From NCBI GenBank assembly GCA_964035575.1, contig OZ037843.1, positions 868,001 to 932,000 on the forward strand: a stretch of DNA of 64,000 bases, written 5' to 3'. Below, piece by piece: positions 1-11,017 of the stretch. Under the pieces are notes generated by a model, which ran no database searches, was not told the DNA's origin, and saw nothing but the letters and a program-made list of their open reading frames with translations. The DNA is from Rhynchopus sp. YZ270_cl-10. Taxonomy: Eukaryota. Every line of letters starts with the position of its first letter. Positions within the stretch are counted from its first letter, which is position 1. Made by a program: the position numbers and the translations under genes.

Positions 1-317
1 ATTTCTTAGTCTGCAGTCTGGGGGGGAGGTGGTGTTTGGTAAAAATGTTTTGCTTGGGCTCGGCAACACGGTTAAGAGGAAATGAAGGAGGTGTCCAATG
101 AGGGTCGAGCTTCGTCAAAATGAAGCTGCAAAGAGTATTGGCGTGGTTGTGCTGAGATTTGAACACCCGATTCCCTTGTATCAGGGTTTTGAGCCCCAGT
201 TCAAAACCCTGAAGGCATGCACAAACAATACCATTGTGTATAAAGAACAAAGGGGGTTTCTAAGATCAGGAGCTTTGCTTGAAAACTGCACACAGCATCG
301 CGACCACAGCAACACAA

Positions 318-2036
318 TCACCGAAGATAAGAACACACAACACTGCACGTCCCGGAAGGAACTGCGTGTGCTGGTGTGCCACTCCCACCCGCCTCCACCC
401 ACGCCTTTGCAACGTCCGTGTCACGGCTCTCACCACGCAGGTACCCACGCACTGCTGTGTTGTACAAATCCCAATGCTTCTTCCCGCCTATCTGGTACAT
501 CCACTCGTCTGCTGCAGTTGAGGTTTCTTCTTCCTTCGAAACCAGCTCAGCCACAACCTGTGCCTCGCAGTCTCGAGCAACCTCCACCTTGCACGGAAGC
601 AGACGCAGGTCGTGTTCGCACTCAGCGTCGCTGAAGCACATCCTGTTGCAGACAACGTCGCACCCCAGCATACGTCCTGCACGTTCCATCCCGTGCACGT
701 CGCGCACAAGTGTCCCCACCATGCTGAAGCGGCGCATCACATCACAACCCATGTCACCACGCAGCACTGTCCCCATTGCAACACCCACGTTCACAGAGGC
801 TGCCAGGCCAGCTCTCATGAGCATGCTTGCTGCGTGCAGTGCTGAGGTTGCGTGCGACGCACACGGCTTCGACGCGTTGAACGAGCAGTGGATGCTGTCC
901 CCAACAAAGACGTCCACCATCCCACGTCTGCTGTCTGTTGCCTGCAGGGTCTTCAGAAGAACAGTTGTGAAGAGGTCGGAGAAGCGTGCACTGTCCTCCT
1001 CCAGGCGGTGCAGGGTGTCTTTGATGTTCAGTGTCAGCAGTGTTGCATTCGCGGTTGAGAGCAGGAGAGGCGGTGCACGGAAGGAAGTGCGTCGCACTGC
1101 AGCAGACGTGCTCGATGCTTCCGCTGACACTGTGCTTGAGTCGTCACTGTCAGCACCATCCAGCTCACCACCAGGTTCCACACATTGGTCCTTCTCGTCC
1201 TCAAAAGGCAGACACGTCTGCGGGAGGTACGCCTTGTACACACGCAGGTTCTGCTCCAACTTCCGCAGTGCTGTCGTCATCCCCTCAGGCAGCTCACCAC
1301 CGTGCTCCTCCAGCAGCTCCGCCACCTTCTCCACGTCGTAGCCAGCAAGGAGCGAGGCGATGTCCTGCACTGTCGCGATTGTGCGTTGCATTGATGCCTG
1401 CTCCTTCAGGAGACCACGTGAAAAGTCACGCGTCACAATAAAGTCAATGACGAATACGAGAGCCGCAAATAGTAATCGGTTCACAGCTCCGCTCTTCTTG
1501 CAAGGCAGCACATCACAGTCACCCATGCTCTCTAAGAAGGAACGTCGATGCTCTTGATACGCGAGCCCGGGCATGTCGAGCAGACCAAACCTCCACGTTT
1601 CCTCTGCAGTGATGATGACCAAATACACCAGTGTGCACACCACGACAATTGTGCTGTACCGTGTGGGCACCTGCATGACCAAGAGAAAGTCCACCACAAG
1701 CACGATCATTGGCCAGGCGTATTCATACTCGATGCGCCAACTTATGTCCACGACCATCACCGCAACGTAGTACAGTGCGGACTCTGTCACTATCATGAAC
1801 GTGGTCAGCTTGTACTTTAGCATAATTATAATCATCGAACACAAGCTGGTCAGCATGCCTGTGAGAACACCTCCAAAAAACTGATACCTACCATGTAAAC
1901 TCTGCACCTCCGTCACAGCAAACATAATCGCACCTACGAATGTAACGCAGTTGAAGAAAAAGCAAATACTACGTATGAGTCTGCTGTGCGTGTCCAGTGT
2001 CCCGTCAAGCGACAGTGCACGCTCGAGACAGCCCAT
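318..2036 (-). CDS. ~6TM membrane protein with degenerate class III nucleotide cyclase (pseudo-cyclase) domain, copy A
   Basis: Start taken at MGCLERALS (ATG 2036), preceded by ccacag. Six hydrophobic segments, a helical linker, then cyclase-like TLLTLNI..GMVDVFVGD..VNVGVAMG..GTLVRDVHGME and an EWMY motif. First metal Asp, substrate Lys and the NxxxR pair are replaced. Confidence 0.8.
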   Translation of the reverse strand: MGCLERALSLDGTLDTHSRLIRSICFFFNCVTFVGAIMFAVTEVQSLHGRYQFFGGVLTGMLTSLCSMIIIMLKYKLTTFMIVTESALYYVAVMVVDISWRIEYEYAWPMIVLVVDFLLVMQVPTRYSTIVVVCTLVYLVIITAEETWRFGLLDMPGLAYQEHRRSFLESMGDCDVLPCKKSGAVNRLLFAALVFVIDFIVTRDFSRGLLKEQASMQRTIATVQDIASLLAGYDVEKVAELLEEHGGELPEGMTTALRKLEQNLRVYKAYLPQTCLPFEDEKDQCVEPGGELDGADSDDSSTVSAEASSTSAAVRRTSFRAPPLLLSTANATLLTLNIKDTLHRLEEDSARFSDLFTTVLLKTLQATDSRRGMVDVFVGDSIHCSFNASKPCASHATSALHAASMLMRAGLAASVNVGVAMGTVLRGDMGCDVMRRFSMVGTLVRDVHGMERAGRMLGCDVVCNRMCFSDAECEHDLRLLPCKVEVARDCEAQVVAELVSKEEETSTAADEWMYQIGGKKHWDLYNTAVRGYLRGESRDTDVAKAWVEAGGSGTPAHAVPSGTCSVVCSYLR

Positions 2037-2790
2037 TGTGCACTGTGGTGTGTAAAGGTGTGTTCCTGCCTTCGTAAGTGGTGAGGTTGGTGTGTGCTTC
2101 ATTTGGCAGTCTGGTAGTACCCACTCTTTGGCAGAATATTACTGTTGGTCCAGCATGGGGCGCCAAGAGAGAGATGTCGTGACCGACAGCTCGGCCTCAC
2201 TCTTTCTCTTAGGTATTTACCTGGACCTCCTTGCAGGCAGCAAACCGCAACCCAAAGGCGTGGCAGAGCAACTTCGCAGAGCCACACTGCCCTGACCGCT
2301 GGCCATTTATGCTCTGGGTGCTAGCACCCATCATAGCATAGTGGGCAAGTCTGACTCAGCATCTGTATAACCTGCCAGGGTGAACTTGCATAAAAGAGGG
2401 CAGGGGCGGTTAGCACCTGAGGACCGGGGGAAGCCCAACAGAAAGACAAAGACTATGCACTGGTAGGCAGGGTTGTTGAAAAACAAAAAGACCCTGAAGG
2501 CACAAAAACGCCCCCGCATACCCCTCCTCGCCTCCTGTTCGGTAATCTCTCAGGTCAAGACATCGATTCGAGCGGCCAACACCTTCATAGAGTTTCTGGA
2601 GGAATGCATCCCCGGATGCAATTTAAGGTCCTGCCCAGGACCCACATAAAAGAAGGTGTAACTCGGAAGAATCGAAAAGTTACAGAGTTTTTGCGGTCCA
2701 GAATACATACTGCCCAGAAAGGTTACGGATACGGTCTATCACACCGACTCACATAGACACATGGCAATACTGCACGTCGTGGCAACAAAA

Positions 2791-4498
2791 TCACCGAAGA
2801 TAGGAACACACAACACTGCACATCCCGGAAGGAACTGCGTGTGCTGGTGTGCCACTCCCACCCGCCTCCACCCACGCCTTTGCAACGTCCGTGTCACAGC
2901 TCTCACCACGCAGGTACCCACGCACCGCTGTGTTGTACAAATCCCAGTGCTTCTTCTCGCCTATCTGGTACATCCACTCGTCTGCTGCAGTTGAGGTTTC
3001 TTCTTCCATCGAAATCAGCTCAGCCACAACCTGTGCCTCACAGTCTTGAGCAACCTCCACCTTGCACGGAAGCAGACGCAGGTCGTGTTCGCACTCAGCG
3101 TCGCTGAAGCAAAGACGGTTGCAGAGAACGTCGCACCCCAGCATACGTCCTGCACGTTCCATCCCGTGCACATCACGCACAAGTGTCCCCACCATGCTGA
3201 AGCGGCGCATCACATCACAACCCATGTCACCACGCAGCACTGTCCCCATTGCAACACCCACGTTCACAGAGGCTGCCAGGCCAGCTCTCATGAGCATGCT
3301 TGCTGCGTGCAGTGCTGAGGTTGCGTGCGACGCACACGGCTTCGACGCGTTGAACGAGCAGTGGATCCTGTCCCCAACAAAGACGTCCACCATCCCCTGT
3401 TGCCTGCAGGGTCTTCAGAAGAACAGTTGTGAAGAGGTCGGAGAAGCGTGCACTGTCCTCCTCCAGGCGGTGCAGGGTGTCTTTGATGTTCAGTGTCAGC
3501 AGTGTTGCATTCGGGGTTGAGAGCAGGAGAGGCGGTGCACGGAAGGAAGTGCGTCGCACTGCAGCAGACGTGTTCGATGTTGCCGCTGACACTGTGCTTT
3601 CATCGTTACTGCAAGTGCCATCCAGATCACCACCAGGTTCCACACATTCGTCCTTCCCGTCCTCAAAAGGCAGACACGTCTGCGGGAGGTACGCCTTGTA
3701 CACACGCAGGTTCTGCTCCAACTTCCGCAGTGCTGTCGTCATCCCGTCAGGCAGCTCACCACCGTGCTCCTCCAGCAGCTCCGACACCTTCTCCACGTCG
3801 TAGCCAGCAAGGAGCGAGGCGATGTCCTGCACTGTTGCGATTGTGCGCTGCATTGATGCCTGCTCCTTCAGGAGACCACGTGCAAAGCCTCGCGTCACAA
3901 TAAAGTCAACAACAAACACGATAGCAGCAAATAGTAATCGGTTCACAGCTTCGCTCTCCTTGCAAGGCAGCACATCACAGTCACCCATGCTCTCTAAGTA
4001 GGAACGTCGATGTTCTTGATACGCGAGCCCGGGTATGTCGAACAGACCAAACCTCCACGTTTCTTCTGCAGCAAGAACGACCAAATACACCAGTGTGCAC
4101 ACCACGACAACTGTGCTGTACCGTGTGGGCACCTGCATCACCAAGAGAAAGTCCACCACAAGCACGATCATTGGCCAGGCGTATTCATACTCGATGCGCC
4201 AACTTATGTCCACGAGAACCACCGCAACAAAGTACAGTGCGGACTCTGTCACGATGATGAACGTGGTCAGCTTGTACTTTAGCATAATGAAAACAATTGA
4301 ACACAAACCGTTCAGCATGCCTGTGAGAACACCACCCAAATACTGATACCTGCCATGCAAGATCTGCAGCTCAATCACAGAGAACACAATTCCTGATACG
4401 AAGATTACACAGTTGAAGAAAAAGCAAATACTACGTATGAGTCTGCTGTGCGTGTCCAGTGTCCCGTCAAGCGACAGTGCACGCTCGAGACAGCCCAT
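2791..4498 (-). pseudogene. 6TM pseudo-cyclase copy B, frameshifted
   Basis: Paralog of copy A. An 11-bp deletion (acgtctgctgt) at 3396/3397 splits it into ORFs 3227..4564 and 2791..3393. Confidence 0.75.
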
Positions 4499-5858
4499 TG
4501 TGCACTGTGGTGTGTAAAGGTGTGTTCCTGCCTTCGTAAGTGGTGAGGTTGGTGTGTGCTTCATTTGGCAGTCTGGTAGTACCCACTCTTTGGCAGAATA
4601 TCACCAACACATGATCTTGCCACTGAGTCAACCTGCCTCAACAGGTGGATCACAAGCACCACACGACTCATGTGACGTGACAAACCTCAAACCACATCTA
4701 GCTGTGATACGTCCTCTTGATGTGAGGTCAAGGTGGCGGGGTGCAATCATAAAGCTGTCGGAAGCACGTCAGTCACGTGAGTGACAGAAGGACAAAATCT
4801 GGGCTCAGCTCTGGGCATTCTGACACAAAGTTTTATTTTTCCTTCCTTCAAAACTTCAACACACAACGCTTTTTGTTTTTGGGGGACACACAGGGTGCCA
4901 GGTTCTATGCTTCTGCACGCAGCCATCCTGTACCTGTTTGTAATATTGTTTTCCGTGCAATACATGGAGAAACGTTTCGCACTCGAAACTAGGGAAAGCT
5001 TTTTGATAAAAAGTAGCGAACACAAAAACCAGCACGTGTGTTTTATTGTTCACTTTGTCAAAATCTCTTTGTTTTTCTCTTTGTCTATTTTTCCTGCATT
5101 TTTTATTCTCTTCTTTGTACTTTCTTTTGTTTTGGTTGTTGTTAGATAAGCTCAATCGCCTATCGAGTTCTGTGAATAGAATGGAACTCCTTTTCATGTG
5201 TATCCATGGAAATCAGTATCATATGTGATACCGGGCGAAAATTTTTGAAAAAAGGTGTCGTTTGAGAAAAACAAACAAACGGACGCGCTGTGTGAAAAAC
5301 GAGTGTTTCTCTGCGCGTGATATTTTGTGGGGAAGAATAAAACATTATGAAAACAGCTCGTTGCGTTCCCACTATCGTTTCCGCTGCGCTCTCACTAGCG
5401 TTCCCACTCCATTCGGTTTTCTCTTACTTAGAAAAAAAGGAGAAAAAAATATTTTTTTCTGGTTGAAAGTATCGTTTATGTCTGACACCACGTACTGGTT
5501 GGCATACATCATTTGTCAAATATACTGTAGGAATTTCGCCGCACAACATTATTACCCGTGAGATAAAATTACGTATCCCAAAACTAAAGTGAACATCATT
5601 TAACCCGGTGATGGGTGATTCACAAACTGAAACACGTGATAGCACTCGCTATCATTCGTGACATCATTTTTATGATAACAGTGAAATCAAAATGCTGAAC
5701 TCCACTTTGTGTCACTCACCACCTCGTGAAATAATGTTCACTTTATTTCGTGAGATAAATAGTCATTTTTGGGTCAAAAATTGACTTGTCGCGGGTGCCT
5801 CATAATTACGACGTCACGACGCGCGTAAAGTCCTTACGACTCCATGGTGCACGGTACA

Positions 5859-5990
5859 CAGTGTGTCCCAGAATTAATGTCACCTGGCGATATTTTTGTA
5901 AAAATATACGAAGGTGGACAAATTTCGTGACATTTTTCACCTTGTCGTGAATAAAAAGTGTAGGGGATAAAATATTTACATTGCAAAGTT
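5859..5990. mobile_element. Solo Tc1/mariner-like terminus related to the DD37E element
   Basis: cagtgtgtcccagaattaatg resembles the TIR cagtgtgacacagaattaatg at 27309. No partner TIR found; right boundary approximate. Confidence 0.4.
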
Positions 5991-6064
5991 AGGGTTCTTG
6001 TATATCACACTGACTCACACAGACACATGGCAATACTGCACACATGAACGCAGTAGTAACACAA

Positions 6065-7798
6065 TCACCGAAGATAAGAACACACAACACTGCACGTCCC
6101 GGAAGGAACTGCGTGTGCTGGTGTGCCACTCCCACCCGCCTCCACCCACGCCTTCGCAACGTCCGTGTCACGGATCTCCTCATGCAGGTACCCACGCACC
6201 ACTGTGTTGTAGTCCTCCCAGTGCTTCTTCTCGCCTATCTGGTACATCCACTCGTCTGTTGCATTTGAGATTTCTTCTTCCAAAATATCTCCTTCCTTGG
6301 AAACCAGCTCAGCCACAACCTCAGGTTCGCAGTCTTGAGCAACCTCCACCTTGCACGGAAGCAGACGCAGGTCGTGTTCGCACTGAGTTTCGCTGAAGCA
6401 AAGACGGTTGCAGAGAACGTCGCACCCCAGCATACGTCCTGCACGTTCCATCCCGTGCACGTCACGCACAAGTGTCCCCACCATGCTGAAGCGGCGCATC
6501 ACATCACAACCCATGTCACCACGCAGCACTGTTCCCATTGCAACACCCACGTTCACAGAGGCTGCCAGGCCAGCTCTCATGATCGCACTTGCTGCGTGCA
6601 GTGCTGAGGTTGCGTGCGACGCACACGGCTTCGACGCGTTGAACGAGCAGTGGATCCTGTCACCAACAAAGACGTCCACCATCCCACGTCTGCTGTCTGT
6701 TGCCTGCAGGGTCTTCAGAAGAACAGTTGTGAAGAGGTCGGAGAAGCGTGCACTGTCCTCCTCCAGGCGGTGCAGGGTGTCTTTGATGTTCAGTGTCAGC
6801 AGTGTTGCATTTGTGGATGAGAGCAGTAGCGGATGCAGCCAGAAAGAAGTGCGTCGCACTGCAGCAGACGTGTCCGATGATGCTGCTGACACTGTGCTTG
6901 AGTCGTCACTGTCAGTGCCATCCAGCTCACCACCAGGTTCCACACATTCGTCCTTCCCGTCCTCAAACGGCAGACACGTCTGCGGGAGGTACGCCTTGTA
7001 CACACGCAGGTTCTGCTCCAACTTCCGCAGTGCCGCTGTCATCCCCTCAGGCAGCTCACCACCGTGCTCCTCCAGCAGCTCCGCCACCTTCTCCACGTCG
7101 TAGCCAGCAAGGAGCGAGGCGATGTCCTGCACTGTTGCGATTGTGCGCTGCATTGATGCCTGCTCCTTCAGGAGACCACGTGCAAAGCCTCGCGTCACAA
7201 TAAAGTCAACGACGAAGACGGAAGCTGCAAATAGTAATCGGTTCACAGCTCTGCTCTGCTTGCAAGGCAGCACATCACAGTCACCCATGCTATCTAAGTA
7301 GGAACGTCGATGCTCTTGAGGCATGAGCCCGGGCATGTCGAACAGACCAAACCTCCACGTTTCTTCTGCAGCAATGATGACCAAATACACCAATGTGCAC
7401 ACCACGACAATTGTGCTGTACCGTGTGGGCACCTGCATCACCAAGAGAAAGTCCACCATAAGAACCATCATTGGCCAGGCATTTACGTACTCAGGACGCC
7501 AACTTATGTCCAGTAACAGCAGCGAAACATAGTACAGTGCGCACTCTGTCACGATGATGAACGTGGTCAGCTTGTACTTAAGCAGAACCATAATAATAGA
7601 AGAGATGGCACCCATCACAGCTAGAATAAAAGCCCCCACGTATAGATGCCTGCCATGTAAATTCCGCATCTGAACCAGACTAAACGTAGTCGCTGCCATA
7701 AAGACTGCACAGCTGAAGAACAAGAAAATACTACGTATGAGTCTGCTGTGCGTGTCCAGTGTCCCGTCAAGCGACAGTGCACGCTCGAGACAGCCCAT
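6065..7798 (-). CDS. 6TM pseudo-cyclase copy C
   Basis: Intact paralog with divergent TM1-3 and near-identical C-terminal half. Confidence 0.8.
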   Translation of the reverse strand: MGCLERALSLDGTLDTHSRLIRSIFLFFSCAVFMAATTFSLVQMRNLHGRHLYVGAFILAVMGAISSIIMVLLKYKLTTFIIVTECALYYVSLLLLDISWRPEYVNAWPMMVLMVDFLLVMQVPTRYSTIVVVCTLVYLVIIAAEETWRFGLFDMPGLMPQEHRRSYLDSMGDCDVLPCKQSRAVNRLLFAASVFVVDFIVTRGFARGLLKEQASMQRTIATVQDIASLLAGYDVEKVAELLEEHGGELPEGMTAALRKLEQNLRVYKAYLPQTCLPFEDGKDECVEPGGELDGTDSDDSSTVSAASSDTSAAVRRTSFWLHPLLLSSTNATLLTLNIKDTLHRLEEDSARFSDLFTTVLLKTLQATDSRRGMVDVFVGDRIHCSFNASKPCASHATSALHAASAIMRAGLAASVNVGVAMGTVLRGDMGCDVMRRFSMVGTLVRDVHGMERAGRMLGCDVLCNRLCFSETQCEHDLRLLPCKVEVAQDCEPEVVAELVSKEGDILEEEISNATDEWMYQIGEKKHWEDYNTVVRGYLHEEIRDTDVAKAWVEAGGSGTPAHAVPSGTCSVVCSYLR

Positions 7799-8005
7799 TG
7801 CGCACTGTGGTGTGTAAAGGTGTGTTCCTGCCTTCGTAAGTGGTGAGGTTGGTGTGTGCTTCATTTGGCAGTCTCGTAGTACCCACGGGTACACAGGTAC
7901 ACAGGTACACAGCGGTTAGAGGGGTTGGGGTGTTGGGGGATACGGGAAAATGGGGTTACTTCATCTATTTTGCGACAGAAACTGTCCCTGGACACTACAT
8001 GTCCC

Positions 8006-8584
8006 GGGCTTTAAAAAATATTTTTTTTGGGGTGCTTCTACTCACTCTGAGTGGGTGTGTGATGGATATTCGGGACTATGTGGGGTCCGGGAGGGGTATT
8101 TTGGGGGTTTCAGGCAAAAAAACGAAAAAAATATGACCGTAACAGGGGGTGTGCAAAGTGTCTTGGGGATGTCTTGGGGACGTCTTGGGCATTTTTTTGA
8201 CCTAAAAACACCAAAAAAACACTTCCAAAAGTGTCAAATATGTCCAAAACAGGTTGGAATGGACTCACAGGCCACTTTTGGGGTATATTTGTGCCAAAGG
8301 AGGCTTTGTGATGTCAAAAAATATCCCGGTTTTTGATTTTTTTCTCGAAAAATCGCTATTTTGCCCAAAGTGGCCAAAACGTGAAAAAAGCCGTTTTTTC
8401 ACTATTTTTTTCCATTTTTTTGTATTCTGGGGTGGCTTCTGGGTCGTTTTTCGACCCACAGGCCCCCTGTGACCCACTCTGAGGGTGTTTTTCACCCGCA
8501 GTTGCCTTGGAGATGACCAGATAATGCCAAATGAATTTTCCGTGCGTTTGGTCCCAGCCAAAATGGCTGGAGTCGTATCCCCTA
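8006..8584. mobile_element. Single arm of the TAGGGG-terminal foldback element
   Basis: Direct match to ~57879-58447. Ends ..gtcgtatccccta next to a poly-C run (8585-8599). Confidence 0.8.
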
Positions 8585-8651
8585 CCCCCCCCCCCCCCCT
8601 TGCTTTGAAGGACACAACATGGGCTGTGACATGGAGCCCACCGCACCACAG

Positions 8652-10464
8652 ATGCCGTTGTGTGAGAACTGTTCGGCACCTGCACAGCTGCAGTGTGGAC
8701 ACTGTATTGAGCTGTTCTTCTGCGACAAGCCTGCCTGCTTCGAAGCTCTGCACCCAGGGGCAAGGCCACGTGACCGTGAGATGCATCTTGCTTCTGTCAC
8801 TTCGTACGGAGCATCGTCGAACTGTGCACTGCACCCAGAGTTCAAGCTGCACCTTGTCTGTGAAGACCCTGCGTGCGGAGACGCAATGATCTGTGTCCGG
8901 TGTGAGAAGCGTGAACATGCGGGACACAACACAATCGAAATCTCTGAGTACGTTGCGCGCCAGCGCTGCATCCTTCGCTCACACGCGGCAGACCTGACGA
9001 AGCAGCGGGCTGCTGCAGATGAGGAGTGCTGTGTGCTTGAGGCAGTCGAACCCCCAGAGGCCAGGTACAAAGACCTTCTCCTGCAGACAAACGTCGGACA
9101 CCTCGAGATGGCTGAGGATGTGTGGCGCAGCAACGTCGTGTGTGAGGAGGCCTTGGCACGGAACTTCCTCACACAGGCACTGGGTGCTGCAGGGCAGGTG
9201 TGTGCGCTGAAGACGTTTGTTGCGAAGGCAGAACACATGATTGACGAGTGCGAGCAGGTGTGCCTGCTTGGGGGACCAGGCGCTGCGTGCGGCAACAGAG
9301 TCGCAGGCCGTTGTGCGGAGCATCGACAGCATGGCAGCGTGCGGCGACCGCCACCTCCTTGTGGGTGCTGCATACCCGCATGCAGAGTTTTCCCTGACGC
9401 TGCCTGTGTCGGACGTGCACGACGCTCTTGCCCAGAGGTTGCAACTTGTGGTGCCTGTGCTTGTGGAGGGTGTGGATGGAGTGGAACACTTGATTGAGGT
9501 GAGTGTGGATGACACGGTCCGTGACTTGCGTCGGAAGGTGGCGTCTGCAACAAAGTTGCCTGGAAACGGCTTTGAGATGTGCTTCAGGGGTGAGGTGGTG
9601 GGAGAAGGAGAGGACATCACACAGCTGAGTGCTGACAGGATTGTGCTGAAGCAGACGAAGGAGCAGGTGGCCATAGCAGCGCTTGATTCATTGGGCGAGA
9701 GAAACCTGACAGCAGCGAGGTTGGCAGAAGTGACGAGTGTGGGGGTGGCTTGCTTGCTTCTTCAGGCGGGTGTTGCGGCTGCGATTCCAAACAACTTCTT
9801 CTCAGGAGCAGCTTTCGTGAGTCTTGATCTCAGCGCTGTGTCTGGCATTGCTTCGATTGGGGATAACTTTCTGAAGGATTGCACCAGCTTGGAAGTGCTT
9901 GACATCTCTGGTTTGACCAATGTCACCTCAATTGGGGTGGGCTTCCTTCAGGGCTGCAAAGCTTTGAAAGGAATCGATCTCGCTCCCTTGAGCAGGGTCA
10001 CAGTGATTCAGGATAGCTTCCTGAGCGAGTGCACTTCTCTGACACAACTTGATATTTCTCCCTTTAGTGGTGTCACTTCAGTTGGTAACTACTTTCTTTG
10101 GGACTGCGAAGCTTTGATGGAACTTGATCTCTCTCCCTTGAGCAGTGTCACAGCGATCGAGACAGCGTTCCTGGGCGGGTGTATTTCGCTGGAACAACTT
10201 GATCTCTCTTCCTTCGGGAGAGTGACTGTGATTGGCCCCTACTTCCTTCTGAAGTGTTCAGCTTTGGAAGAACTTAATCTCGCTGGCTTGCTCAATGTGA
10301 CAGTGATTAAGGATTATTTCCTGTGCCACTGTTCTGCTCTTGCAGAAGTTGATCTCTCTCACTTGAGCAATGTGTTGGAGGTAGGGAAGGCTTTCCTTGT
10401 TGGCTGTCCTTCTACATTCTACGGCAAAAAATGCAGTGCGGCTGTGTTGAAGAGCTTGGGGTGA
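8652..10464 (+). CDS. B-box/B-box/coiled-coil + ubiquitin-like + BspA-type LRR protein, with an apparent +1 frameshift at G5 9270-9274
   Basis: CENC..C..C..C..C..H and CALH..C..C..C..C..H..H zinc motifs in ORF 8619..9497; Ubl (EVSVDDTVRDLRRKV) and ~8 25-aa LRRs in ORF 9241..10464. Removing one G joins EQVCLLG to DQALRAAT. Confidence 0.65.
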
Positions 10465-10527
10465 GAGAAGGTCACTTCACTTTTTTTTCCTGAAGTCGTT
10501 TTTCTATTTTTTTATTGTACCTACAAA

Positions 10528-10648
10528 GCGTAGCTTAAAGGGGGAATAGTTCCTCAGATGCGGTCGCCACCCCCTCCAATAGCGTAATTGTGCGATCAAG
10601 CGAAAAAACCTTTTGTCCTTTTCCATATCAGGGTTACTATTTTTTTTT
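10528..10648. repeat. ~120-bp dispersed repeat (second copy 49340-49468)
   Basis: gcgtagcttaaagg.gaa.tagttcctcagat..taattgtgc.atcaa..tatcag.gttac shared by both sites. Confidence 0.7.
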
Positions 10649-11017
10649 AGCGGGCCCGACATCATAGAAAATCACACAAAAAACGACATGTACCCCCTAC
10701 CGCCCCCTTTCTTTGATCCCTCACAACAACGTGAACACCTTAGCATAGCAACCCTCATATGAAAACTGGCAACACCTTTTTGTCAAAAACCATTTAATTT
10801 TCAATTTTTTTCCCTCCCCCCCCCAGGGAGTCCCCCCCCTTCCACACCTTCACCTCACCCTCACCCCAGGTACAGCGGGAGAGCCCCTTACCCCAACACC
10901 TACCCCCCCCTCATCCCCTCACCCCTTCACCCGCTTTTGTTTCAAAAGAAATTTATTTTCTTTTATTCTATAAAAACCTCTCATCCTCCTCCCAAATCCC
11001 TTCCATTTCATATTAAA

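Larger units (their letters stand above)
2809..8005. repeat. Inverted segmental duplication, left copy (partner 58798-64000)
   Basis: Reverse complement of 58798-64000 including intergenic DNA. The lengths 5197 and 5203 are reconciled by 11-, 7- and 2-bp indels. Confidence 0.95.

Noticed and set aside
376..1341. Long antisense ORFs over cyclase-like genes (also 30110..31687 and 54552..55526)
   Set aside because: Shadow frames of GC-rich coding sequence with no independent motifs.
2140..2480. Possible decayed non-LTR reverse transcriptase (LLGIYLDLL)
   Set aside because: A single short motif amid stops; insufficient without a database search.
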